IMG/VR virus record: IMGVR_UViG_3300025635_000093
Span: 1 to 33,901 of that record
Source of the DNA: a virus
Lineage: Duplodnaviria > Caudoviricetes
Strand: one strand, 5' to 3'
DNA: 33,901 nucleotides
Below are positions 15,352-24,411 of this stretch, piece after piece (position 1 is the stretch's first letter; every line of letters begins with the position of its first letter). The position numbers and the translations under genes were made by a program. The notes beneath the pieces are model-generated. The model did not search any database. It was not told where the DNA came from and saw only the letters and a list, made by a program, of their open reading frames with translations.

Positions 15352-15747
15352 ATGAATACAATAAAAAAGGTTGGTATTTCAATATTGAGTATAGTAATAG
15401 TTGCAGTAATTTACTTAACAGGTGTTAATAGTAGAGTAGAGGAGTCAGTAATAGGAAGTGTTGGTCAAACAGGAGAGTACCAAGCTACATCAACATCATG
15501 GACATCAACTAGAGTTATTCAAGTCGCACCAGTTACATTAGGTTCTATAATAATAACCACCACAGACGCTTCAATAGTAAGAATTATGGACGCTACGTCA
15601 ACTACTGATATTGCCTCTACTACCGTTGCACAATTTCAGGCTTCTGCTGGTTTAGGTACATATACGTTTGATGTTGCTTTAAAGAGAGGTCTGGGTATAG
15701 ATACAGTCACTGGTTTTGCAGGAAAGTATACAGCAACTTATAGATAA
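15352..15747 (+). CDS. Beta-rich protein with N-terminal TM/signal helix
   Basis: KKVGISILSIVIVAVIYL, then Thr-rich beta domain. Confidence 0.6.
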   Translation: MNTIKKVGISILSIVIVAVIYLTGVNSRVEESVIGSVGQTGEYQATSTSWTSTRVIQVAPVTLGSIIITTTDASIVRIMDATSTTDIASTTVAQFQASAGLGTYTFDVALKRGLGIDTVTGFAGKYTATYR

Positions 15748-15778
15748 TAAATTAAATTTAACTATCGGCGGATAGTTT

Positions 15779-17662
15779 ATGGCAAAACAAACAAAAGAAT
15801 ATTCTGATAAAAATGAAATAGCAGAAATAGTTAGACAAAATGAGTCTGATTATATTAGTGGTAAAACCACCATATCAAAGTATGTTCAGCATTCCCTTTA
15901 TGACACCGTAAACACTATTGAGGCGTATTTAAACTCTAAACATATTTCAGGTGATAGAGACTCACAAGGTAGATTGAAACCATTTCCTAACATTGTTGTA
16001 TCAGCAAGTAACATCTGGTACAGAGCGACTGATATTGATAGAAAGAATATAAGAATAAAGGCAGGTAAGAGTAAAGATACTTTAAACTCACTAGTTGCCA
16101 CTGTTCTTGCTAGAGATTGGATGACAAGAAACAGTTACGGACAGTTTTTAAATAATTGGGGTAGAGTTCTATCAAGATATGGTTCAGCCGTAGTAAAGCA
16201 TGTAGAGAAAGATGGAAAGCTAATACCATCTGTTATTCCGTGGAATAGACTTATAGTAGATTCAGTATCATTTGAGGGTAATCCTGTAATAGAAGTTTTA
16301 GAATACACAGAGGCACAATTGAGAAAACAAAAGTCATACAATCAAGATGTGATTGAGGAACTTACAGAGGCAAAGAGGTCAAGAGAAAATTTAGATAAGA
16401 CAAGAAAAGATACAAAAAATGATTATATAAAAGTATATGAAATACACGGAGAATTTCCTCTATCATATTTAACAGGCAAAGAAAAAGATGAAGAAACTTA
16501 TGTACAACAAATGCATGTTGTATCATTCCTAGCAAATAAGAAGGCTGGAGAATATCAAGATTTTTGTTTGTATTCAGGTAGAGAGGAAAAAAATCCTTAC
16601 GACATAACTCATTTAATAGAAGAAGATGGTAGAACACTCTCAATTGGTGCAGTAGAGCATTTATTCCAAGCTCAATGGATGATGTGTCACACAGCTAAGT
16701 CAATAAAAGACCAGCTAGATATTGCAGGTAAATTGATATTCCAAACATCAGATGGAACATTTGTAGGTCAAAACGCTATCACAGCAATTGAAAACGGAGA
16801 TATATTGATACATGCAGTCAATCAGCCTCTTACACAATTGGCTAATAACTCTCATGACATATCATCATTACAGAGCTTTGGACAGCAATGGAAGGCACTA
16901 GGTAATGAAATTATAGGAGTATCAGAGGCTATGCTAGGAGTAGCACCAAAATCAGGTACAGCATGGAGACAAACAGAAGCATTGCTACAAGAGTCATATT
17001 CTCTATTTGAATTGATGACAGAGAATAAGGGACTTTACATTGAGAAATTCTTTAGAGAGAGAATTATACCTTTTATAAAAAAGACTTCACTAAAAACATC
17101 AAAGGAAATATCAGGAATACTAGAAGCACATGAGATATATTCAATTGATTCTAAATACATAAAGAATTATTCAATCAAGGAGTCTAATAGAATTATAAAA
17201 GACAAGGTATTAAATGGTGAGGAAGTAACACAAGAAGAACAGCAATCACTTATAGCTTCACTACAACAAGGTACACAAAGTGCATTGTCTGAACATGGTG
17301 TAACTAGATTCTTTAAGCCAAATGAAATAGATGATGTAACTTGGAAAGAGCAGTTTGCAGATATGGAATGGGAATTGGAAATAGATATAACAGGAGAGGC
17401 TAAGGATTATCAATCAGCATTAGCGACTCTAAATACAGCTTTACAGGTAGTAGTTCAGCCAGGTTTTGAACAGAATCCTAGAGCTAGAATGATTGTTGAT
17501 AAGATACTGGAAACATCAGGTTATATATCACCAATTGAATTATCACAAATTAAGAGTATGCCGTCGCCTATGCCTGCTATGCAGGGTGGTCAATCATCAG
17601 GCGGTGCAGTTCCAGTTTCAGGTGCAGTCCCTAGTGCGGTTGCAGGTACAACACAATTATAA
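15779..17662 (+). CDS. Portal protein
   Basis: 627 aa after TerL, YGSAVVK motif, helical body and Pro/Gln/Gly tail as in P22-like portals. Confidence 0.75.
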   Translation: MAKQTKEYSDKNEIAEIVRQNESDYISGKTTISKYVQHSLYDTVNTIEAYLNSKHISGDRDSQGRLKPFPNIVVSASNIWYRATDIDRKNIRIKAGKSKDTLNSLVATVLARDWMTRNSYGQFLNNWGRVLSRYGSAVVKHVEKDGKLIPSVIPWNRLIVDSVSFEGNPVIEVLEYTEAQLRKQKSYNQDVIEELTEAKRSRENLDKTRKDTKNDYIKVYEIHGEFPLSYLTGKEKDEETYVQQMHVVSFLANKKAGEYQDFCLYSGREEKNPYDITHLIEEDGRTLSIGAVEHLFQAQWMMCHTAKSIKDQLDIAGKLIFQTSDGTFVGQNAITAIENGDILIHAVNQPLTQLANNSHDISSLQSFGQQWKALGNEIIGVSEAMLGVAPKSGTAWRQTEALLQESYSLFELMTENKGLYIEKFFRERIIPFIKKTSLKTSKEISGILEAHEIYSIDSKYIKNYSIKESNRIIKDKVLNGEEVTQEEQQSLIASLQQGTQSALSEHGVTRFFKPNEIDDVTWKEQFADMEWELEIDITGEAKDYQSALATLNTALQVVVQPGFEQNPRARMIVDKILETSGYISPIELSQIKSMPSPMPAMQGGQSSGGAVPVSGAVPSAVAGTTQL

Positions 17663-17680
17663 GTTTAATTAATAAAATAC

Positions 17681-18244
17681 ATGGCGGAAAATAAAGTAGT
17701 TTCAACACCAGTGTCAGAAAAAGAGGCAGAGTTACTAAAGAGAACATTTAGTGGTAATGAATATTTGCTTAAAGTTTTAAGAGCATTATTTCTAGGTTTT
17801 CCTGTTAGTGACGAAGATAAGAAATTAGTAAAAGATACATTTGTTAATGATGAGTTAAAGTTGGCATTAAGAAAGAAAACATTTCCTATTTTAAACTTAA
17901 CTGATACACCTATCGGGCAAGTGGCGGATTTTTGGATAGGTACAGAACAGAATATATTAGGAGGTTCAAGAGAGTTGATAGCACAAGTTGTAGAGTCAAA
18001 ACAATTAGTTTATGAACTACTAACAAAGGCTTTTAAACTTTTGGATAATCCATTTGGTGAACAGCCAAATATAGATGTTAAATTAAATCTAATAGCAGAC
18101 CCTTATCAAGTGTCATTATTGGCAAGAAATTTGTTTATAAAGACAATTGAGACAGGTCTATTATTTGCTAAATTAACAGCAGAACAAAATACAGTTTCTT
18201 CATCTGTATCAAAAGAAAATAAAGAGAAAGATAGTAACCAGTAA
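17681..18244 (+). CDS. Hypothetical head-region protein
   Basis: 187-aa ORF after portal. Confidence 0.65.
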   Translation: MAENKVVSTPVSEKEAELLKRTFSGNEYLLKVLRALFLGFPVSDEDKKLVKDTFVNDELKLALRKKTFPILNLTDTPIGQVADFWIGTEQNILGGSRELIAQVVESKQLVYELLTKAFKLLDNPFGEQPNIDVKLNLIADPYQVSLLARNLFIKTIETGLLFAKLTAEQNTVSSSVSKENKEKDSNQ

Positions 18245-18247
18245 TAC

Positions 18248-18297
18248 TTGCTACTATTTTTATAAGTGTTATTATTATATTAACTGAGCAATGCTCA
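18248..18297 (+). promoter_or_regulatory. Promoter and short leader hairpin for scaffold/capsid operon
   Basis: TTGCTA-16-TATTAT with TG extension; TGAGCA-A-TGCTCA hairpin. Confidence 0.5.
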
Positions 18298-18310
18298 AAA
18301 TAAAAATCCT

Positions 18311-18916
18311 ATGGATAATAAGCTAAGTGGGGAAGAATTAGCAAGCGAACAGCAAGCTAATGTAGAGGTAAAGGAGGATGAGATACGAAACGAAATTATC
18401 GCAGAATATGGTTTCGATGAAACTACAGACTCAGATAAAATTGAAAAGCTAACTAATAAAGAGATTGAACACCGTAAAAAGTTTTCAGCCGTTATTGGTC
18501 AGAAAATAAAATATCGTACCGAAGCCGAAGAATTGAAAAAGAAAATTGGCAATCCTGTTCACAACAATAGTGAAAAGAATAATATTGACCTTTCACCAAA
18601 GGACGCAATAGCTATCATGCGAGCAAATGTTCACAATGATGATATTGACGAAGTCTTGGACTACGCTAAGTATAAAAAGATTTCAGTGGAAGAGGCTATC
18701 AAGTCAAGCACAATAAAGTCTATTTTGTCTGAAAGAGAGGAGTTTAGAAAGACTCAAGAAGCTACCAGTACAGGTGTTTCAAAGAGAGTAACTACAAAAG
18801 TTACAGATGAAAGTCTACTTTCTAACCTTTCTAAAGGAATTGTACCAGAAAAGGGAAGTTCAGACGCAGAAAGACTATTCTATGCAAGACGAGGGGGCAA
18901 AAAGGAGAGAAACTAG
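18311..18916 (+). CDS. Capsid scaffolding protein
   Basis: Acidic/coiled-coil protein directly before capsid gene. Confidence 0.65.
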   Translation: MDNKLSGEELASEQQANVEVKEDEIRNEIIAEYGFDETTDSDKIEKLTNKEIEHRKKFSAVIGQKIKYRTEAEELKKKIGNPVHNNSEKNNIDLSPKDAIAIMRANVHNDDIDEVLDYAKYKKISVEEAIKSSTIKSILSEREEFRKTQEATSTGVSKRVTTKVTDESLLSNLSKGIVPEKGSSDAERLFYARRGGKKERN

Positions 18917-18949
18917 TATCGGCGGTTTATTAATTTAAACCAAATAAAA

Positions 18950-19807
18950 GTGAATACACAATCAACATATAGTACCCGTGACGCATATTTTCAGTCACAG
19001 TTTGCTATCGTTCTAAGAAATGCTCTAGTAGCAGAGAAGATTTGTAAGGTAGATAATTCAGATGTTAAGAGAATACAAAATCCTTACGGAGGTCAGCCAA
19101 CAGCTACAATCCAAGCAGTTGCAGGTACTTACTCAGTATCAGCATGGACAATTACAGATGATGCACTAACAGTAACTGATGAAGTTATTTATGCAGAACA
19201 TGTATTTGCACATGAGGAATTCTTCTCAGTATTTGATGTTGCTACTTCAAGACTAGATAACATGATGTATGCAGTAGCTTACGGAGTTGATAAGTTCGTA
19301 CTTAACAACCTTTGTGAGGACGCAACTGGTTCATACACAACACCAGCTGGAGGATTTACAACAGCAGCTAACATTAACACTATCCTAGCTAACCTACAGT
19401 CAAAAGTAGCAGGTTATCAGAGTGTTGACGCTGTATCAGGAACATTCCTTGTTATAGAAAACACAGACCTTGTTGGATTTGCAATAGCAGGTGCAACAAA
19501 CGGTTTCAGTGTAGCAGATTCAGTTATCAATAACGGCTTTATGAACTCTTGGATGGGAACAGACATTTATGTTGTTCGCACAGGAACATTCGTAGACGCT
19601 ACAATTGGTACAACTACTGTAACAAACAGTGGACACAGAGTATTCGGTATTAAGAACACTTCTGTATATGCTTCACCAAGAGGTATGCAGTATGAGGAAA
19701 AGTCAGTTACAGGAAAGACAGGTAAGGAGACAGTAGTTTATTGTTTAGTCGGCTTTAAACTATGGGCTCAAAATACAGGTCTAGTTGTTGATATAACCAT
19801 AGCGTAG
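18950..19807 (+). CDS. Major capsid protein (HK97-fold, putative)
   Basis: 285 aa, position after scaffold, C-terminal G.KLW..VVDI pattern. Confidence 0.75.
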   Translation: MNTQSTYSTRDAYFQSQFAIVLRNALVAEKICKVDNSDVKRIQNPYGGQPTATIQAVAGTYSVSAWTITDDALTVTDEVIYAEHVFAHEEFFSVFDVATSRLDNMMYAVAYGVDKFVLNNLCEDATGSYTTPAGGFTTAANINTILANLQSKVAGYQSVDAVSGTFLVIENTDLVGFAIAGATNGFSVADSVINNGFMNSWMGTDIYVVRTGTFVDATIGTTTVTNSGHRVFGIKNTSVYASPRGMQYEEKSVTGKTGKETVVYCLVGFKLWAQNTGLVVDITIA

Positions 19808-19819
19808 TTTATTAGACCC

Positions 19820-19876
19820 CCCTGTGGGGTTTTAGGGAACTGCTCACCGCCGACGGTTCTCTAAATTCCCACAGGG
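19820..19876 (+). other. Long intergenic hairpin (processing or stabilising element)
   Basis: 9-bp plus 12-bp stems, loop CTCACCGCCGA, no U tract. Confidence 0.7.
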
Positions 19877-19891
19877 TTAAGTAAATATAAA

Positions 19892-20215
19892 ATGTCAGCA
19901 AAAGAAACAAAGAAAATAGCAGAGGTAGAAGTAGCAAAGGTAGTAGATATAGCACCAGAGGTTACAGACGACATAGTCGTCAAAGACCCTATGGTACTAA
20001 GACCAGTAGAGCTTCCTCTTGTAGTTACACTACCAGAGGGTGCAAGCGAGGCACAGGTTGAATATGCAAAAACATTAAATGCTTATGCGTATCAGAATCC
20101 AGAAAAGTGGGCTATTAAGAAAGATGTACTTATTGCGAGATTGAGAGCATTGAAAAATGCACCAGCTCCAATAAAGAGCAATCTATCTTATGGAAGTAAA
20201 AACAAATTATCATAA
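19892..20215 (+). CDS. Hypothetical head-region protein
   Basis: 107-aa ORF after capsid. Confidence 0.65.
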   Translation: MSAKETKKIAEVEVAKVVDIAPEVTDDIVVKDPMVLRPVELPLVVTLPEGASEAQVEYAKTLNAYAYQNPEKWAIKKDVLIARLRALKNAPAPIKSNLSYGSKNKLS

Positions 20216-20226
20216 TAATTATTAAA

Positions 20227-20859
20227 ATGGATACAAAAAATATAACAATAGGAGTATTTGTAGCCACAACACTTGTATTTGGTGTTCTTTTTATTAAGAA
20301 GCCAGCAATCGTAACAGAGTACAAGAGTCTAGGAGCTTCAGCAGCACCAGTTGTGAATGTACCAGCACCAGTTGTGAATGTATCTGTTCCAGAACAGTCA
20401 GCTCCAATCGTGAATGTAAATGTACCTAAGCAAGCAGTATTAGGTTCAGTCTCATCACCAGATATACAGTCACCTTACTTCTCTTTTGGAGGAGTAAGGC
20501 GTTGGGGAGCTAGAACAGAAACATTGAACAGTGCAACAACAACAGTTTGTGCATTACAAGCACCTGCTGCAACAAGTACACTAGAATTTGCTTCAATCAG
20601 ATTTAGTGTTTCTTCAACAACAGCTTCAACTGTAACCATAGCAAAAGCAACAACACCTTATGCAACAACAACATTGTTAGCGTCAGGTTCAGTTGCAGCA
20701 AATGCTCAAGCAACATTGGTAGCTAGTACAACAAATTCAGTAGTGGTTGATGGTATAGGTGTATTCGCACCAAACACATATCTAGTAGTAGGTATGGCAG
20801 GAGGAGCAGGTACATTTAGTCCAACAGGAGTTTGTCAGGCTACTTGGGTACAGAATTAA
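20227..20859 (+). CDS. Virion/surface protein with N-terminal TM and APVVNV repeats
   Basis: Hydrophobic N-terminus; 21-bp-period repeat 20342-20382; Thr/Ala-rich beta domain with Cys pair. Confidence 0.6.
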   Translation: MDTKNITIGVFVATTLVFGVLFIKKPAIVTEYKSLGASAAPVVNVPAPVVNVSVPEQSAPIVNVNVPKQAVLGSVSSPDIQSPYFSFGGVRRWGARTETLNSATTTVCALQAPAATSTLEFASIRFSVSSTTASTVTIAKATTPYATTTLLASGSVAANAQATLVASTTNSVVVDGIGVFAPNTYLVVGMAGGAGTFSPTGVCQATWVQN

Positions 20860-20873
20860 GTATAACAATCCCC

Positions 20874-20929
20874 TTGTGGGGTTGTTTGAGGGCATACTGG
20901 TCGGTGTGTACCCTCTAATAACCCCATAA
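20874..20929 (+). other. Long intergenic hairpin related to 19820-19876
   Basis: About 22-bp imperfect stem; both hairpins begin CCCYTGTGGGGTT. Confidence 0.65.
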
Positions 20930-20938
20930 ATATATAAA

Positions 20939-21655
20939 ATGCAATTCTCAAACACAAGCGACAATTCAGGTATAGCACAACAGGCAAGGACTATTGCTAG
21001 AGTAGACTCTACTCAATGGTCAAATGAAAAGATTGCTAACTCTGTTAATAATTACTTAGACATGGTAAATGGGTATTTGATTGCTACAGATACTAAGTTT
21101 AATTTTGATGACTCGAATCATACTAAATTACCCATTGGTACTACAAATCTTGTAGCTAATCAAAGTGATTATTCATTTCTTACAGATGAGCAAGGTAATA
21201 AGATTTTAACACTTACAAGAATAGATTTACTAGGTTCAGACGGCTTATACCATAAGCTAGACTTAATAGACCAAAACGAAATAGATGTAGCACTAGATGA
21301 GTACGAAAAGACAGCAGGTACACCAACTAAGTACGATAAGATTGCAGATAATATTATCAGACTTTATCCTAAGCCATCTACAAGCATTACATCAGGTTTA
21401 AAATTTTATTTCCAGAGGTCATCTTCATACGTTACATCAACTGATACAACTAAAGAAATCGGTATACCTGTAATACTTCACAGAGGTGCGGTAATTTTTG
21501 CAGCTTATGACTGTGCATTAACACTTGGTCTTGAAAATCTTTCAGTACTAGCTACAGAAATGCAAAGAGAGGAGCAAAAGATGATTACTTACTTTAAAGG
21601 TAGAAATAAAGATGAAAAAAGAAGAATAATCGCTTTTGCAGAAGATAATAGATAA
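20939..21655 (+). CDS. Head-tail adaptor-like protein
   Basis: NLVANQSDY..GTPTKY..IRLYPKP..IP..LH pattern and position. Confidence 0.65.
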   Translation: MQFSNTSDNSGIAQQARTIARVDSTQWSNEKIANSVNNYLDMVNGYLIATDTKFNFDDSNHTKLPIGTTNLVANQSDYSFLTDEQGNKILTLTRIDLLGSDGLYHKLDLIDQNEIDVALDEYEKTAGTPTKYDKIADNIIRLYPKPSTSITSGLKFYFQRSSSYVTSTDTTKEIGIPVILHRGAVIFAAYDCALTLGLENLSVLATEMQREEQKMITYFKGRNKDEKRRIIAFAEDNR

Positions 21656-21660
21656 ATACC

Positions 21661-21852
21661 ATGTCAATTACAAACATATCTAAACCTACTACATCTCTAA
21701 CAAATACAGACCGTATAGCTTCATACGAAACTTGGGCTAGTGTAACTTCTACATGGAGCAGTGAGTCAAGAACATGGGATGATATGGGTTCGCTTATGGA
21801 TGGTTTTGCAAAACCTACAACCTCTATTACTAATATTAATAAACCAGCATAA
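21661..21852 (+). CDS. Small Trp/Thr-rich virion protein
   Basis: TW repeated every 7 aa; ITNI.KP at both ends. Confidence 0.55.
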   Translation: MSITNISKPTTSLTNTDRIASYETWASVTSTWSSESRTWDDMGSLMDGFAKPTTSITNINKPA

Positions 21853-21855
21853 CAT

Positions 21856-22614
21856 ATGAGCACTTTAACTACAATAAATGGTAGCGACAATATTTCTTCT
21901 TCAAGAACAGTTATTAACACTAACTTTAGTAATTTAAATTCTGATAAGATTGAAACTTCTGTACTCGATACTGATACAACTTTAGCAGCTAATAGCGACA
22001 GTAAGGTTGCTACACAAAAGGCAGTTAAGGCATACGTTGACGCGGGAGGAAATGTAAATGCTTCTACTACTACGAGAGGTATAGTAGAGGAAGCTACAAT
22101 AGCAGAAATAATTGCAGGAACTGCCGTTGGAGGTACAGGGGCAAGATTATTTATTAATCCTTCACTAACTACCACATCATCTGCTGGTGCTGCTGATGAG
22201 GGCAAAATACCACGCCTCAATTCTTCTGGTAAATTACCAAGTACAATGACTTCTCTATCATGGGTAGGAGGTAGTACAACAAAAGATATTAGTGCAACCA
22301 CTACTACAACTATTGCTCATGGTTTAGGAGCTACACCTCAAAGAATTGCTATATATACTGCTTTTAATGGGTCAAACTCATCCACAGTATCTCAAGCTAG
22401 GGTTATAGGAGGCACATCATACTATGAGTGTATTATGGTGTCTACATCTACGACATTTAACACTGCCAATAAAGACAACTTTATGATATATGACACATCC
22501 GCAGCCTATATTACAGGAACAGTTTCCGTAGACGCTACAAATATATCAATAACATGGTCAAAATCAGGAAGTCCAACAGGGACTGCTACGATAAAATGGG
22601 AAGCATTTGGATAA
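21856..22614 (+). CDS. Short tail fibre-like protein
   Basis: SDSKVATQKAVKAYVD, ASTTTRGIVEEAT and IAHGLGATP fibre motifs. Confidence 0.7.
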   Translation: MSTLTTINGSDNISSSRTVINTNFSNLNSDKIETSVLDTDTTLAANSDSKVATQKAVKAYVDAGGNVNASTTTRGIVEEATIAEIIAGTAVGGTGARLFINPSLTTTSSAGAADEGKIPRLNSSGKLPSTMTSLSWVGGSTTKDISATTTTTIAHGLGATPQRIAIYTAFNGSNSSTVSQARVIGGTSYYECIMVSTSTTFNTANKDNFMIYDTSAAYITGTVSVDATNISITWSKSGSPTGTATIKWEAFG

Positions 22615-22624
22615 AAATATAACT

Positions 22625-24121
22625 ATGTCTAAAACAGTATCAATAAAAGCAGAAAGATTTGATGGAGGTGTCAGTGATGACATTCGATTAAATCGTTCCA
22701 ATGAATTTCAAATAGCAAAACACTTTGACATATATTCTAATCCTAGAAGGCTTACACCCTATCGCTCATTAGAAACAGATACAAATGATGGTTCAACAGC
22801 GACAGGGATGAAGCAGTACTATGTGCGAGATTTTGTCTATGCTTCGGCTTCTGCTAAATTATATGGTTTAGGGCAGACAGGTGCAGGACTTACTAAGATT
22901 GTTTATAAAGCAGACGCGACAACTGGTAACTGGACTTTACCATCATCTTCGGAGGGTAATGGAGCAGTTCTAAATGGTTGTTTTGTGGAATACAAGGACT
23001 ATCTATGGGGATTTCAGGGTACTACGCAGGTGTGGAAATGGGGATTGTTATCTGGTTCACCTTCAATAACAAATACGGCTGGTACTGTAGGGACTATAAC
23101 ATCTGTAGCACAAGGGATTATTGGTAAGGATGATAATTTGTATTTACCATACAACAATAAACTTGTAAGAGTAACATCAGGAGGCACAGTTAATGACGCT
23201 GTACTTACATTACCTACAGATTTAAAGATAACCTCACTTACTAGATATGGAAACTATCTAGCCATTGGTTGTGCTCCAATATCAACATTTAATGGTAAGT
23301 CAGTGGTATATTTGTGGAACTACTCATCTACAGATGTGCAAGAGACTATTGACTGGGGAGATGGTGAACTAAGAATCTTAGAGAATATTGAGGGTATGTT
23401 GGTCGGCGTTACAGATAGATATTTAAATAATGATACAGGTGCAGGTAGAGGTTCAATGATTATCCAGATTTATCAAGGAGGTACACCGTCTGTTTTTAAG
23501 GAATATTTTACAAAGAAACTTACTGGAAAAACTATTCCTATATCAAAGGCAGTAAAAAATAATCGTTTATTCTTTTCAGCCAAGATAATGACTAACGATA
23601 CAGGTACTGAATACCACGAGGGTATTTGGAGTTTTGGTAGAAAAAGTGTTGCATATCAATGGGCATTAAACTTAGATATTATTGATGAGAATGTATCTAC
23701 ATCAGGAATACAATCTTTTGGTACTGCCGCTAACTATTTCTTTATAGCTCATAGTGCAGACGGAAGTATAGATAAAACAAACGACACTGCAACATATAGT
23801 TTTACATCTGTTTATGAATCGCAGGTATATAATTTTGATAACGCCTTTGATGATAAGACTTTTAAAAAATTTAAGTTAGCAGTAAGAAAGTTGGCAAGTG
23901 GAGAATCTGTAACTGTAAAATATAAGGTTGATGATGAGACTTCTTTCACTACCATTGGAAGCATATCAACTACTGGGCTATTGGCTCGTTCATTCATAAA
24001 TATAGAATCTACAGGTGATAATTTTAAAACAGGTAGAGAATTTATATTCAGAATTGAGTCATCTGGTGGTGCTGAAATTACTGGATATGAAGCAGAAGCA
24101 ATAATAAATAATGCAATATAA
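22625..24121 (+). CDS. Tail nozzle/hub beta-propeller protein (putative)
   Basis: N-terminal FDGG, all-beta composition, size and position as in podovirus nozzles. Confidence 0.6.
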   Translation: MSKTVSIKAERFDGGVSDDIRLNRSNEFQIAKHFDIYSNPRRLTPYRSLETDTNDGSTATGMKQYYVRDFVYASASAKLYGLGQTGAGLTKIVYKADATTGNWTLPSSSEGNGAVLNGCFVEYKDYLWGFQGTTQVWKWGLLSGSPSITNTAGTVGTITSVAQGIIGKDDNLYLPYNNKLVRVTSGGTVNDAVLTLPTDLKITSLTRYGNYLAIGCAPISTFNGKSVVYLWNYSSTDVQETIDWGDGELRILENIEGMLVGVTDRYLNNDTGAGRGSMIIQIYQGGTPSVFKEYFTKKLTGKTIPISKAVKNNRLFFSAKIMTNDTGTEYHEGIWSFGRKSVAYQWALNLDIIDENVSTSGIQSFGTAANYFFIAHSADGSIDKTNDTATYSFTSVYESQVYNFDNAFDDKTFKKFKLAVRKLASGESVTVKYKVDDETSFTTIGSISTTGLLARSFINIESTGDNFKTGREFIFRIESSGGAEITGYEAEAIINNAI

Positions 24122-24384
24122 TGGACAATCAAAACTTAACAACAAGAGTCAGTGAATTAGAACGTCAGTTAGCAGAATTAAAGTCTGAATACTATAGCGG
24201 TAATTTTTCTAGTAGGCAGGATTTTACAAAGTTCTGTGATTTTCGTTATAGATTAAAGATTCCTCATTATTCAGCTACACCGACTACAGTTAGTGAAGTT
24301 GGCGAAATAATTGAGGTCGGTGGTATTGTTTATGTTTGCACTGCAACAACGCCAACATGGACTAAAGTAGGTACACAATCATAA
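24121..24384 (+). CDS. Small tail protein
   Basis: Coiled coil then GE..VYVCTA..WTKVG knob motif. Confidence 0.55.
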   Translation: MDNQNLTTRVSELERQLAELKSEYYSGNFSSRQDFTKFCDFRYRLKIPHYSATPTTVSEVGEIIEVGGIVYVCTATTPTWTKVGTQS

Positions 24385-24411
24385 AATCATGATATAATAA
24401 TAACAAAAACT

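Noticed and set aside
21594-22301. 235-aa antisense ORF and other antisense track ORFs (e.g. 7021-7404, 24577-24933, 25773-26108)
   Set aside because: Shadows of real genes on the opposite strand with no promoter or motif support, unlike 27831-27941
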